Below, one piece after another: positions 37,501 through 50,737 of a stretch of 64,000 nt of DNA. Position 1 is the first letter of the stretch. Each line of letters starts with the position of its first letter. The stretch comes from Octopus sinensis. Its lineage: Eukaryota. The translations under genes were made by a program, and so were the position numbers. The DNA is taken from positions 175,088,001 to 175,152,000 of the forward strand of contig NC_042998.1 in NCBI RefSeq assembly GCF_006345805.1. The letters are read 5' to 3'. The notes beneath the pieces were generated by a model. It had not been told where the DNA came from. It made no database searches and was given only the letters and a program-made list of their open reading frames with translations.

Positions 37501-38525
37501 ACCCAATCTCAAGTGCCAGTTTCAATCTCCAGTTATGGCTATTTCATAACTCCTACATTGGTAAACTTTGAACATGATACCTGTCAATGCTCTGAAACAT
37601 GTGTTTCGGTTGATCATTCATTGACATCTAGACCCTCTCACTAAAGGCCTAGTTTTAGCATCCAACATGGTCCTTGGGTCTGTTGTAAGCATATGAGCCA
37701 GGCTCCAAATTTTTTCCCCACCAACATTTTTCCTTTCACCTATTGATGTTGGGTATTAGCTATGGGAACTGCTTCTTCTTTTCTTCTGATTAATTGAGAG
37801 TTGAATCTATCAAATCAAGATATAAAAGTAAATATTTATCTTTTCTTTTGTATTTTAGAATTTTTTACTGTCTGTGCGTGGATGTTATTTCTATTTTGAT
37901 GTGTTTCATAGGGATTATACAGGTTCTTAGGTCATTTCTGATCCTACATGGAGATAGTTATAGGGTCAGATATAATTTTATCTGAAAATATGGTATAGCA
38001 ATCTGTAAATATAATATAGCATCATCATGAAGGGCATCCAGCTATAAAAACCATGCCAAAGCAGACATTGGAGTTTGACACAGTTGTCCAACTCATCATC
38101 TTCTGCCAAACCATCTGACCCATGCATGCATGGAAAACAGATGTTAAGCAGTGATGATGATGAAATTAGAATCTGTTAATATAGTATAGCATCATCAAAT
38201 TGCCATCATAAGGTGAATATGAAGCATTCAGTATGTAAGGGTGTTATTATCTGAATACTATTATTTATGTTTGTAATATAAACATTTTATTGAGAGTCAC
38301 ATCCGGTTGAGTTGATAGAATGGTGAATTGCTGACTGAAGAGTCAATTCTACACATTACATTACATCACTGGTACTGTACCTTGTCAGTAGCCTTAAGAT
38401 TGATAACTTGCAAATGGCCCTTTACTGTAAATAAGTTCCTTGGATTGATAAAAACTTTTGTCTAAGTAAGTAGTGGAGCATTGTATAAACTACCAAGCAT
38501 TTCCTCACCTTGTAGTGATATAGGT

Positions 38526-38831
38526 TTATTTGATCCTTCTCAAGCCATGCCTGGCTCATAAGGGCTGGTTTCCCGGTTTCCTTGGCATATGGGTTCCCCA
38601 CCTGGACAGGACGCCGGTCTGTCACAGGTGAGCTGCAAGATACAGGAGGAAAGAGTGAGAGAAAGTTGTGGCGAAAGAGTCAGCAGAAGTTCGCCATTGC
38701 CTTCTGCCGGAGCCGCGTGGAGCTTAGGTGTTTCGCTCATAAATACACACATTGCCTGATCTGAGATTCGAACCCGCAATCCCTCGACTGCAAGTCCGCT
38801 ACTCTAACCACTAGGCCATGTGCCTCCACAA
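38526..38831 (-). mobile_element. tRNA-derived SINE related to family 3
   Basis: tRNA-like head (TGGCCTAGTGG, GGTTCGAATC); 10-bp TSD TGATATAGGT at 38516-38525 and 38832-38841. Confidence 0.8.
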
Positions 38832-40364
38832 TGATATAGGTACACTGTATAGACAAAATCTTAATATGATTTCCCAATACTTTACTGAATTCTGAGGTGA
38901 GAATCAACACCCTACAAATATTCTTCTGTTTGTATTTCTGAAATGTGATAAAGATATTTTATTCTGTTGTTGTGCTAGGCAGGCTACATGATGTCCTGAA
39001 GATATTGTATCGCTCAGTCCATTACAATCTCTTAAACAATGGAATGTAACAATTCAGGTGTATCGGTAATCAGCCATGCATTACTTACATCTCTTCAACC
39101 AAGATAAGTGTTGCTTGACATTTTACTGAAAATGTTTTAAGAACAAAAAGCAGCTGTAATTTTACAACTAGTATTATGAAAGGCGTTTCAAAAATTCTGG
39201 AGAAATTAACACCAATGACTCTTACACTTATTGATACTGAATATGTAGAAACTGGCTATCTTGTTCATTTGTTTCTTATATTTTACATTTGAAGTGGTAC
39301 ATCAGTATGATAATTTCATTGTCAGTCATGTGTGTGTGTGTTTGAAAATAAGACATGTTCCAGTATTGTCATTTGAATACTCTGCACTATACGAAAAGCT
39401 GTCAAACATTTGTAATGAAATTAAATATCTGATGGCTATCATTACTGTAGACTCTGCTTCAACTATCTTCCATATATCTTTCCTTTCTTTAAGAAGCCAA
39501 ATAACTTTGCTGTTTGGGTGGTGATTTTTGATAAAGCATTGACAAATCACTTAACTTTACAACTACATATAGGATATTTTAATGTCTGCCTAGAAAGTAC
39601 TTAAGGCAGTTCCTCTGCCATAATGGTTAATACACATTACTATCCTTAGATATAAGAAAAGCCAGCAGAAACTGAAGTAACACAATATCATCTGTAGGAC
39701 GTAGAGTAGCATTACTTTGAAGATAAATGATAGTTCACATTTACAGTGAAGATGGTGTGCACATCATTATTTATAATTTTACCATTTTTAATTTTGTCAC
39801 TTCTCTATACATGCACTACTACATATGTTGCATGTCACAATATACTCTTCTGTTACCAGCTTACCACGACATTATTCCAATAACGCATACATTTTAGCTC
39901 AGTGTGCTGCATACCAATATATGAACCAATGAGAAAGCTTCTATGTGGTCGTTTCACCTGCTAGTAATAGTAGCCAAATCTCAACACTCACTTTGCTGAC
40001 TTTTAAAGCAAAGGTCATTATTCTGCTCAACTTGGGCTGAAATATAGCTAAATGATAACATCTTAAGACTAATTATCACTACAACTCATTATTGCAACTA
40101 AGGAGTCAGTGAAAGAACCACAAAGGAGTAATTTAATTTCGTAGAAATAACTGCCAAATTTTCTTCAAATTACACTCTACTGTCTTAGAAAAGGACACAT
40201 TAGAGAATATGGTATTGAATGTACTGTGCTTGTAAAAATGGATGGAATACCTTCGATCATTGGCCTTGTCAGTCAAGACAGACCCGAGGCTAACCAACAA
40301 TAACAACAGATTACATATAATTTCTTTATTAAAAGAAAGTTCTCAGATTAGCGGTTAGCCTTAA

Positions 40365-40929
40365 CCCTTTCGTTACTATATTTCTGACCAGAATACACCC
40401 CTCATGAGTTTCAATTAAATTCTAAAATAATCATCAATCTAGGCTTGTTTCATTAAATAACTGTAACTTTTTTTACTTATCAACATATTAATGGAACATA
40501 ATTAAAGAAAGGGTTCTTAATCAATTCTATTGCATAACTTTTGTCTCAAAGTGACTTTAATTACAGGTAAATCCAGGTAAATTGAGCAAAAGGTAAAAAT
40601 ATTAAAATTTTGTTTAAACATCACCATAGAAAATGAATCATCAGCTAATATTCAAATGGGTATGCAACAAAATTTTGATAAAGAAGAATTGTGCACATCA
40701 CTGTATCATCAGTTGAATTTAATGCACAACTGGTGTACCATAAAGGTGAAATAAAGTGAAATACTGGAATCCACCGTAAGTTTGACCGAACTAAAGAAAT
40801 CAGTCAAAAAATAATATACGGCCCTGGTTATGGTATGGAAGTGATAAATTCCAGACCACATCGTTCCCTAGGCCATGCTGACTAACATTATTTTCCCTGT
40901 ATAAAAACTAAATCCACGCAGTACCCAGT
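40365..40929 (+). mobile_element. Truncated second copy of the piggyBac-type element at 947
   Basis: TTAA at 40361-4, then near-identical to 947-1519; stops inside the first internal repeat with no right TIR. Confidence 0.9.
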
Positions 40930-41742
40930 CATACTGAGTCATTTAAATATCTATGCCTTTGCTTCATATTTTGCTTATATTTCATCCAATATACTATCAG
41001 TATATTACCTATATCTGGTTTTTTTTTGTAAGTTTCCATTCCTTGTAAGTCTCCTCTGATTATTGCCTTCATTTCATATCTCGTAAATAATATATTTTTT
41101 AAAACTATTTGGTGGAGGTGAGAATGTAGTTCTTTGTGGTTCAGCTTAGAATTCTGAAGGTTAATGTCTTTAAGGAAAATTCGGACAAGGGAAAAGTTTC
41201 AAGGTGAGCGGCAGTGTTGAGAGAGAAAGAATCGAACAAATCGTTTAATGTAATGCTTTGAGATATAGGAGGGTTTATAAGATGAGGATAGACAGATGCA
41301 GTATCATTAACTTCATCTACAAACTTGTGTATTCTGGCTTAATAAACAGTTGCAAAGGAACTGCTAAATACAATTGAAAAATAGGATAAAATCTTTATAA
41401 GAATTTATCTAGTAGTTAGCGTAAAAAAACCTCATAAGAGAAAAATTTATTAATTATTCCTTTTGAATATATTTATTTATATTAAGGGCATTATTATACA
41501 TAAATGCCTCACACTAGGAGGGACTCTTAAAGTCAAAACTACCATGAGCATTTGCCTCTCCTCTCTAAATTAAACAAGGATAAACCAAAACAGCAGCACA
41601 TTTACATTTTGGCAATCTCCTATCATTGTTGGTTGATTCCTTGTGTCATTGCTATGATAAAACAAAAAGATTGAGGTAGTTTGAACTAAATGGATGACTT
41701 GAGGCTATAACATTTATGCAGTTATAGCTATATTATTAAAAA

Positions 41743-41972
41743 GGCGGCGAGCTAGCAGAAACGTTAGCACGCCGGGCGAAACGCGTAGCCGAATTTCGTC
41801 TGCCGTTACGTTGTGAGTTCAAATTCCGCCGAGGTCGACTTTGCCTTTCATCCTTTCGGGGTCGATAAATAAAGTAACAGTTACGCACTGGGGTCGATGT
41901 AATTGACTTAATCCGTTTGTCTGTCCTTGTTTGTCCCTTCTATGTTTAACCCCTTGTGGGCAATAAAGAAAT
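41743..41972 (+). mobile_element. CORE-like SINE, family 1, young copy
   Basis: Full head to tail; flanks tatattattaa / tatgttattaa look like a TSD. Confidence 0.85.
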
Positions 41973-42204
41973 ATATGTTATTAAGAAGTTTGCTTCACAG
42001 CCACATGATTTCGGATTTTGTCCCACTTCATGATATTTTGGGTGTCTTCTTAAACTTCTTACTGGAATTAATAAATGGAGACTGTGTACCTTTGTGTATC
42101 TACTTTCATGTCTGCTTTACATTGACATTCTTTGAAAGACTGCTTTTTGTTAAGGTTCTGTAACTTAGTGCTTTGATGAATATGATAAATGCTGGCGTTA
42201 TTAT

Positions 42205-42345
42205 TACCAGAGGGCACACACTCTCCTATCCTGATGTAATCTCCAGGGATACAGGCATCCAGCAACAGGACCTCCTTAATGCTATGATGGACTGTGAAGT
42301 CTGGCGTAGCATGGTAAATTCCATTGTCTCGACCACGGTCGAACA
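42205..42345 (+). mobile_element. Short RTE-type LINE C-terminal remnant
   Basis: RGHTLSYPDVISRDTGIQQQDLLNAMMDCEVWRSMVNSIVSTTVEQ resembles an RTE ORF2 terminus. Confidence 0.55.
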
Positions 42346-43022
42346 ATGCTGGGGTTATTATCAACTGAAACCTAGATCAGGGCTCTGCCTTACAAGGCCG
42401 TGATCCAATTGCTCTTCATTCTAGAGACTGAAAGAAATAAAAGAATAAAAGGGAGAGACAGAGAGTGTGTGTGTATACATAAACACACATGTACGCATGG
42501 CTATGAAGAACAAAACTTGGAGTAAAGACGCCACCTTTGAATGAATAAGTGAACTCTAGGTAATTTGTAAATTGAAATGCCCATACACATGTACTTGTGT
42601 ACGTGTGTGTGGAAACACATACACACTCCTTTATGTATAAAATACATTTCAAGCTAGTATTTCCATTTATTACAGGTGAGATATTACAAATTAAAATATC
42701 TATTCAAAGCAACAGAGGTAGTTAAAGGAAACATTTAGGTTCCTGTATGGATAGTACAAACAGTCAGTGCACTGGCATTATAAAGGTAATATTACAAGTT
42801 TCAGTCAATTGCATGTAGTTTCTGAGTTACATGTTATACTGACCTACTTTTCAGAATGTTTGAGCACCTATGTCATAACAATGTTTTTCCATGACAGGAG
42901 TGGCTATAATTATTTGAGGTGGTTTCCGAGGGAACACAGTACTCATCCTTAAATTTCTGAAGTTACATTGGATTTGAAGGGATTTGTTCTGGAAAGAAAT
43001 TTCAGGTTATTGTTGTTTAGAC

Positions 43023-43334
43023 CAGTGGTTCCCAAAGTGGGCAATACTGCCCCCCCCCTCGCCTCCCTATGGGTAGCGGAAAGATCAAGAGGGGCATTGA
43101 AGGAAAGTGGGGCAATAAAAGGTTGGCTAAAAGGAGGCGAGGAATGTAACGCCACTTACCCACCCCCACCCCAAATAACAGGTTAATTAGGTTAAGTTTT
43201 ATTTGTGAAATACTGCTGTTTGAATTTGCTGCAGAAAGTGGTCTACATTTGTGGTGCTGAGTGAGGGGCGGGGCACTAGGAATGTGGCTCCAGTGTCAAA
43301 GGGGTGACAGCCCGAAAAAGTGTGGGAATCACTG
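43023..43334. mobile_element. hAT (Charlie-like) MITE, 312 bp
   Basis: Ends CAGTGGTTCCCAAA / TGTGGGAATCACTG; perfect 8-bp TSD GTTTAGAC at 43015-43022 and 43335-43342. Confidence 0.9.
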
Positions 43335-43807
43335 GTTTAGACTATTCAGGTAGTTGACTAACTGTTAAGTACAACCTACAGAGCCATCTCACCAACTTTA
43401 TGTGCATTCCAACAGTGATTGGAGGCAGTGAGACTATAGATGTTGCAGCTATTGCAGTGAGTCTATAGACATATGTGTGTGTTCCTTATGTATGTCTCAG
43501 CTGAATGATGAGAGAATGTTTTTCAGGTGTTGTACTTGCTGTACTGCCTGAGTGTGGACTGTCAGCATTGAAGCTTGTTACAGAAACAAACTGTGCCTCT
43601 TGCATCTCCAGATGGTCTTTTCTGTTTTGTCGTGTAGATGGTCTTTGAGTGTTATCTGTGTACAACCTGTTATGATGTTTAATGTGCCTGTTTGTGTTCT
43701 TCATAGTTCAGTGTGGAGGGGCAGGACTGGCATAGTCCACAACGGATCTTATTGTTTGTATACCATTATTGTTTCTTTCTGTTGGACAAATATGGTGTCT
43801 GTTATTG

Positions 43808-44232
43808 CTCTCTTTTCTCTCTTTTTTTTTTCTCTTTTTACTTGTTTCAGTCATTTGACTGCGGCCATGCTGGAACACTACCTTTAATCGAGCAACTCGA
43901 CCCCGGGACTTATTCTTTTGTAAGCCCAGTACTTATTCTACTGGTCTCTTTTGCCGAACCACTAAGTAACGGGGACATAAACACACCAGCATCGGTTGTC
44001 AAGCAATGCTAGGGGGACAAACACAGACACACAAACACACACACGCATATATATATATATATACATATATACGACAGGCTTCTTTCAGTTTCCGTCTACC
44101 AAATCCACTCACAAGGCTTTGGTCGGCCCGAGGCTATAGTAGAAGACACTTACCCAAGGTGCCACGCAGTGGGACTGAACCCGGAACCATGTGGCTGGTA
44201 AGCAAGCTACTTACCACACAGCCACTGCTGCA
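43808..44232 (-). mobile_element. SINE family 2 copy
   Basis: Near-identical to 30265-30683. Confidence 0.8.
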
Positions 44233-46456
44233 TCTAAGTGTGTTTGTGTCTCATTTTCCTTTCTTGACTGTCTTATAAATTCACTTAAGCAAGAAAATTA
44301 TGACAGACTAGAAAAAGATATATAATACCCTATTAACACAGTTTAATGAAATGAAAAGAAAAATAACCAAACAGTTAAATGTTTTTTCTGTTAAACGATA
44401 TGGTTACTTCTATGAATTAAAAATTTTTAGCTGTTGGTAGATTTTGAAAATGAATTGTATCTTTAAACATTGGTGATTCTTTGAAAACTAACTTTAATAT
44501 TTTATCTCTCTCAATCTGATAATATTTACATTGAAATATATATAACGCCATAAAGTTTCTGAATAGGCTCCACAAGAACATGAAAGTGATTCTATACAAA
44601 CGACATGTGTTGTGTCTTGGAGGAGTTTTATGCAAATCTTGGTATTTTTTCTCTGTTTATGTGTAAATATATTTATTTTGTTGAGTCTGAAGGTTGGTCG
44701 CCTTTGATGTTCTTTGGTGTTGCTCACCAGAAGAAACAGTGGATTTGGTATGAGTTTATGTCTGTTGTCGAGAAACTAAGTTTCTAGAATGCTTTCATTA
44801 GGGTTGGAGTAGTTATACAGCAGTGTCTGGAGAATTGTTGAAGGATGTGGCATCACATGCATATGAGGCTGATTTGTGTTGTGTAGCTACCAATTGAAAA
44901 GAGTGGGTGTTGAATGGATCCTTATGATACTACATTTGGAAAATTTCAAAAATTAGAATTAATAGTGATCTAGCTATACAGCATGTCATTGCCAAACCTG
45001 CAAGAAATTGCAACCAAATCTACCCAGTTATCTTCCTATCTTTGTTTCATAATGGGACGATAAATACATGATTGATTCTATTACTAAGTGTAGCCTACCA
45101 TTTTTTTAAGATTTAAGATGTGACTTGGGAGAGATTTTGCTGATATTTCAAACAGGTTACTACAGAGAGGTTGCCTCTTGGTTGTTGATTAAGGGTCCCT
45201 TAATTTAATATTTTTAAGCTTAATGTGAATATTAGGGTTTAGAATAACAAATGTCGTTTTAATGTTATTAATTCTAATATAAAAATAATGCATGTAGTCT
45301 GAAGGAATCTAACCCATAGGACTTGACCAAACACTGGACTAGGTGTATGTGTAGGTGGGTGCATATGTATGTATTAATAAACACAGAGTACAGAACTAAA
45401 AACAAAAAGTTGATTTCATACAAATGTTTCAAAAACTAAATATTAAAATCTGTGAAGACTATAAATGAATACAGTAACTATGGATAAATACAACCTAGCC
45501 AATAATGATTTCAAAGTTTGACACGAGGCCAGCAATTTTGGGAAGAGGGGGGTTAGTTGATCACATCGACCCCAATGCTTAACTGGAATGTATTTTATTG
45601 AACCTTGAGAGATGAAAGGCAAAGTCAACCTCGGTGGGGATACCACTTAGCTATTTTACCTGATGCTCTAAGGATTTTTATATGGAAGATATATAAAACA
45701 ACATTGCTTATGTGACTGTAATGCTCATTTACAATCATTACATGATATCAATACAAGGGTAGGCATAAACATACATACACTCATGTGTGTGTGTGTGTAG
45801 ATAGATAGATAGACAGACAGATAGATAATATGATGGGCTTCTTTCAGTTTTTGTCTTACCAATCCAGTTGCAAAGCTTTGATCAGCCCAGTGCTTGTGCT
45901 CTAGTAGAAGACACTTCCCCAAGGTGCTGCACTGTGGGATTGAACCCATTTTATTTCTTTCCATGCTGGCAGGATTTGGGGAGTTCATCAATGAGTTAAT
46001 TCTTATTTAGAGTTATCATTCTCCTAGATGTTAAATGAAGGATCACACCTTTATTGTATGTCTATTTTTGGTATTTTTCTCTGGCTGGATGTCCTTCTTA
46101 AACATCAGCCACTTAACAGAGAGTACTGGATGCATTTTATCATGGCACCTGCACTAGAGAGGTTAGCATGTCTATGACAAGACCGAAGTGTCCTCTTGAC
46201 CTTTCCTTTTTCTGCTCTTTTGTCAATCACTTTGTTGTGTGTACTCAATGCTTTTAATTGTGGTAAGTCAGTAGCCTCAAGAAAAACGTCTACAAATGGA
46301 ATTTTTGAGAGTTGACATTCTTTTGAGAAATGAATGGGCATAGTGACAAAAGGAGCAGAAAAAGTGAGTTAGGGAAGTGACCGAAGCTCAACCACCTTCA
46401 AGAAACAGAGGCCATTGTGTTAGTGATAGACACAGCAGAGTGTATGTGTGTATATA

Positions 46457-46689
46457 CAGGGTTGGCCAAAAGTCACCCGACAGTAAATCAAAATACTGTA
46501 AATACTGTCTGTAATTCTGTATTGACTCGATTGGGAAAATGTGTTGCTCAAGAAGAACTTCTGTTTGAACAGTTTTCATGATGTTACATATATGGATGCT
46601 TTTATTAAATTCATTCAGTTGTTCAACATAAATAAATCTTGGAATTAAATGGTTTTGATTTGTTATCAGGTGACTTTTGGCCAAATCTG
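46457..46689. mobile_element. Tc1/mariner-type MITE
   Basis: TA flanks; 24-bp TIR CAGGGTTGGCCAAAAGTCACCCGA with 3 mismatches to the right end. Confidence 0.8.
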
Positions 46690-46919
46690 TATGTATATGT
46701 GTGTGTGTATGTACGTGTAGTGTATATTTTTTTACATACATTGACAAATTAACAGAGTAGGATAAGGAAGAATTTGTGTATTTCAATTTATGGCATGTAT
46801 TTTGTTTGTGTGTGTGTCTCTGTATTATATATATTTATTCTTTCTGAGGAATTTTCTTTTTTTAGTTCCTTTCCTATATTTGGCAGTGGCTACTAGTATT
46901 CATGTGTGTGTATACACAC

Positions 46920-46941
46920 ACATGAACACACAAACACACAC

Positions 46942-46972
<31 letters not shown>

Positions 46973-46996
46973 CATACACACACACGCACACACACG

Positions 46997-47095
<99 letters not shown>
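46920..47095. repeat. Compound (CA)n/(TA)n/(TG)n microsatellite
   Basis: Read directly; it is the source of the overlapping HT/YI/CV ORFs in the ORF track. Confidence 0.95.
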
Positions 47096-47399
47096 TTGTG
47101 TGTCCCTGTGTGGTGTATATACGCACATGTGTAATTTTTTTGTGTGTTTGAGAGAAATACTTGCAATTTTGTGCATCCCAATTTACAGGATAAGTGAAAC
47201 CAGTATTTAGTATTGTTTTAATGACAGCTAATGCACTATATAGGGCAAACAATGCTTCAGGATATATTTTGCGTAAGGAGTATTGTATTACTACAAAGAC
47301 AAGAAACTAGTGTAATTTCAAACAACAACTTTTATGACATTTGTAAAGAAATATATAGTGTGTATGTATACAAACACACATACATATATGTATGTACAT

Positions 47400-47442
<43 letters not shown>

Positions 47443-47766
47443 TTGTGTGTCCCTGTGTGGTGTATATACGCACATGTGTAATTTTTTTGTGTGTTTGAGA
47501 GAAATACTTGCAATTTTGTGCATCCCAATTTACAGGATAAGTGAAACCAGTATTTAGTATTGTTTTAATGACAGCTAATGCACTATATAGGGCAAACAAT
47601 GCTTCAGGATATATTTTGCGTAAGGAGTATTGTATTACTACAAAGACAAGAAACTAGTGTAATTTCAAACAACAACTTTTATGACATTTGTAAAGAAATA
47701 TATAGTGTGTATGTATACAAACACACATACATATATGTATGTACATTATATATATATATATATATA

Positions 47767-47769
<3 letters not shown>
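47075..47769. repeat. 347-bp tandem duplication bounded by (TA)n tracts
   Basis: The unique portion appears identical at offset 347 (47096 vs 47443; ORFs 47231 vs 47578). Confidence 0.95.
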
Positions 47770-47805
<36 letters not shown>

Positions 47806-47806
<1 letters not shown>

Positions 47807-48835
47807 GTAAGGTGGCAAGTTGGCAGAACTGTTAGCACACCAAACAAAATGCTTTCGTGAATCTTTACATTCTGAGTTCAAATGGTGCTGAGGTCAACTT
47901 TGCCTTTCTCTTTTTAAGGTTGATGGAATAAGTACCAGTTGAGCATTGGGGTTGATGTAATCAACTAACCCCTCTTCTCCACAAATTTCAGGCCTTATGG
48001 ATTATTATTGTAATCTTCATTATTATTATTATGATTCAGGCAGTAAGCTGGCTGAATCGTTAGCACATTGGACAAATACTTAGCAGCATTTCATCTGATG
48101 CTTTGTGTTCTGAGTTCAACTTCTACCAAGGTCAACCTTGTCTGTCATCTTTTTGGATGTTGTTAAAACGCAGTACTAATTAATTACTGAGGTCAATGTA
48201 ATCAACTAACCCCTTTCCCTTAAAAATGTTGGCTTTGTGCCAAAATATGTGAAAGTGTGTGTCCAAGTTGCTAAGGTGTTGAACTCACAGTTGCAATATT
48301 GTGGTTTCAATTTCTGGTTCAAATGGTTTGTTGTGTTCTTGAGCAAAACACTTCATTTCACATTCCTCCAGCCCACCCAGCTGTAAATCATCAGCCCTGA
48401 AATGGGCTGGTATCCTGTCCAGGGGGAGTGTTATGATCTCATCTCAGTCACTTATGTGCCACAGAAACTGAGTAACTGGCCTGTATCTGTTTTAAGACTC
48501 AATGATGATGATACGAACATTTTAAACAGTTATTGTTGTTATTATTATCATCGATTGTCCCCCTCCCCAGAAAATTCAGGCCTTGTGCCTATATTAGAAA
48601 GGATTATTATTAAGATGGCAAACTGGCAGAATCATTACCATGGCGGCAAAATGCTTAGTGGCATTTTGTCTGTCCTTATGTTCTGAGTTGAAATTCCACC
48701 GAGGTTGACTTTGCCTTTCATCCTTTTAGGGTCAATGAAATAAATACCAGTTATGCACTGTAGTTGATGTAATCAAGTTACCCTTCCCCCAAAATTTCAG
48801 GTCTTGTACCTATAGTAGAAAGGATTATTATTATC
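47806..48835 (+). mobile_element. Head-to-tail cluster of decayed SINEs separated by (ATT)n
   Basis: CORE-like copies start at about 47806, 48035 and 48612, each after an (ATT)n run; another SINE type lies at about 48265-48500. Confidence 0.7.
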
Positions 48836-48841
48836 ATTATT

Positions 48842-49878
48842 CTAGATGTTGCACAGCATACAATATCATAAGGTTGTTGATTGAAGATGTGTCTACCAGA
48901 AGTTTGTACTGTTTGTCAAATCACAACAAGGACCTCAGACAGACCATATTTTATGCAATATGCATACAATTCCAAGTAATACTGACTTTTGCAATACATC
49001 TAGATTGTAGGGTATCTCTAAGATTTTCAGATGTTTTTTCAGATTGGGTGGTATTGAGCCCACTGCTCTGATGATAATAGGTATAACCTTTATGTTCAAC
49101 TCTTGTAGCTGCCACATCTTAGCGATCTCAGTTCTCAAGTCTTCATATTTATCAATGTTTTCTTTCATGATGATATGTTGATCTCCTGGCACTGTCACGT
49201 TGATTGGTACTCTTGTTTGTCTCTCCTAAAGGTTACTATATCCAGTACTCAAACAGTACTCAGCCTTCAGTACTCAAACACTTTGTCTGTCTGGAAATCA
49301 AAGTCCCAGAGGATTTTTGCCTTCCCTTTTCATCCATTACCTTTTCCAGTGTATGTTGGTACCAAGCACCTGTAACCTCATATCCATACTTACAGCATAG
49401 TAGCCAGTGGAGGTTTTGGGCTATACTTGTGTAGTACTATACCTTTATTGTTTGTTTTAGCCCTCACATGTTGTTTAAGAGTTTTGATGAAAAGCTTTGA
49501 ACCTTTTCTTTTCTATTTGGTACTTCGTGTCGAGATATGCCCTTGCATATTCTTCTCCGTTGTCCTTTTGACCACTCTTTTATGCAATTCACATCTTTAC
49601 GCAGAGTTAGAATATCGGCTTCAATTCTCCGCTTCCACCATGGCTCCTTCTGACCATCTACTTTTCTCTCTTTCTTTCCAACCAGTACACCTACTAAAAT
49701 TGAAGCGGATCTGATCAAATCCCTTGTTTCTGTTAGATCTTTTGTCAGAATGTGTTTCAGAATCACATCAACTTTTTGAGTCATGTGTTTCACGTTGTTA
49801 TGGTCAAAGCTTCTTAAATTCACCTGCTTGGTCTTTGTTCTTGTAATTCTTATATCCTTGAGTCTTTTCCTGGGGATA
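48842..49878 (-). mobile_element. R4/Dong-clade (restriction-like endonuclease, REL) non-LTR retrotransposon, RT domain deleted
   Basis: N-terminal part DLTETRDLIRSAS..KEPWWKRRIEADI is joined to IAQNLHWLLCCKYG..WYQH, KILWDFDFQTDK, DIV and DVTVPGD..KYEDL..W..KVIPIII..GSIP..LQKSVLLG (REL domain). (TAA)n on both sides. Confidence 0.75.
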
Positions 49879-50737
49879 TATTATTATTATTATCATTATT
49901 ATTATTGTTGTTGTTGTTAAGGTCATGAGTTGACAGAATCGTTAGCCCATTGATCAAAAATGTTTAGCAGCATTTCTTCCAAATCTTTACATTCTGAGCT
50001 CAAATTCCACTGAGTTCAACATTGCCTTTCATCCATTCAGGATCAATGTAGTCAACTTTCCAACTCTTCTGAAAATTTCTGACCTTGTGCCAAAATTAGA
50101 AGGAATTATTGTAACAATACTGTAACCTCGTAATAGCCAAATTACTTGTTGATTTCATACCAGAAGCTGAGAACCAACCCCAGCAGCTGTCAGAAACCTG
50201 ATGACTGCCAGGGTTGGCTCTCAACTCCTGATATGAAATTAATTAGTAATTTTGCTATTATGAGAATATAATAGTATTGAATTTTATTAATAATAACTAA
50301 CTACATTCAATTAATTAATTCATGAATGCCTGTTTTTGTTGCCTCATAAAATATCAAGATGAAATCAAAGTGTGTGTGTGCACATATGCACGTACACAAG
50401 CAGGCTTTCAAGTTCAAGTCTCCAATTTGAAGATAACTTCTCCTTTTCCTCTCACCAGATTTGGAGATCTGCAAAAAAACAGTCATGACTGTTTTCTATT
50501 GGACTACCTATTCATGGATCAGATGCTCAAATTCGCTGCAAACTTTTCATTGTGTTTTTTTTTTTTTGTACTTAAATTTATTATATCTTTACCACATTTC
50601 ATTTATTTTAGCAGCTCCGATCTTTTATTCTGAACTAGTTCATAATATTTTTGATAAATCATTTTTCTAATCAAATATCCAACTTAAATTTTGACTATAT
50701 TTTTGAGGTCCGGTATTAAAAAAATAAAACTAGGAGA

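Noticed and set aside
37580-37628. Imperfect hairpin tgtcaatg..gaaac atgt gtttc..cattgaca with a hammerhead-like AUGAUCA..GAAAC on the minus strand
   Set aside because: No stem II (only 3 nt) and a large asymmetric bulge; too degenerate for either an HHR or a pre-miRNA.
39069-39105. Minus-strand micro-exon candidate (KCQATLILVEE); similar ones near 62268-62327(-), 62140-62190(+), 55188(-), 22528(+) and 5930-6055(+)
   Set aside because: Splice-like motifs are frequent by chance in AT-rich DNA; no recognisable homology and no consistent phase chain.
41768-41790. GAAACGCGTA, which looks like a hammerhead stem III
   Set aside because: A point variant within the SINE head, with no upstream core or stem II.
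46790-47881. Many long overlapping ORFs (HT, YI, CV repeats)
   Set aside because: Translations of dinucleotide microsatellites and the tandem duplication, which lack stops by construction.
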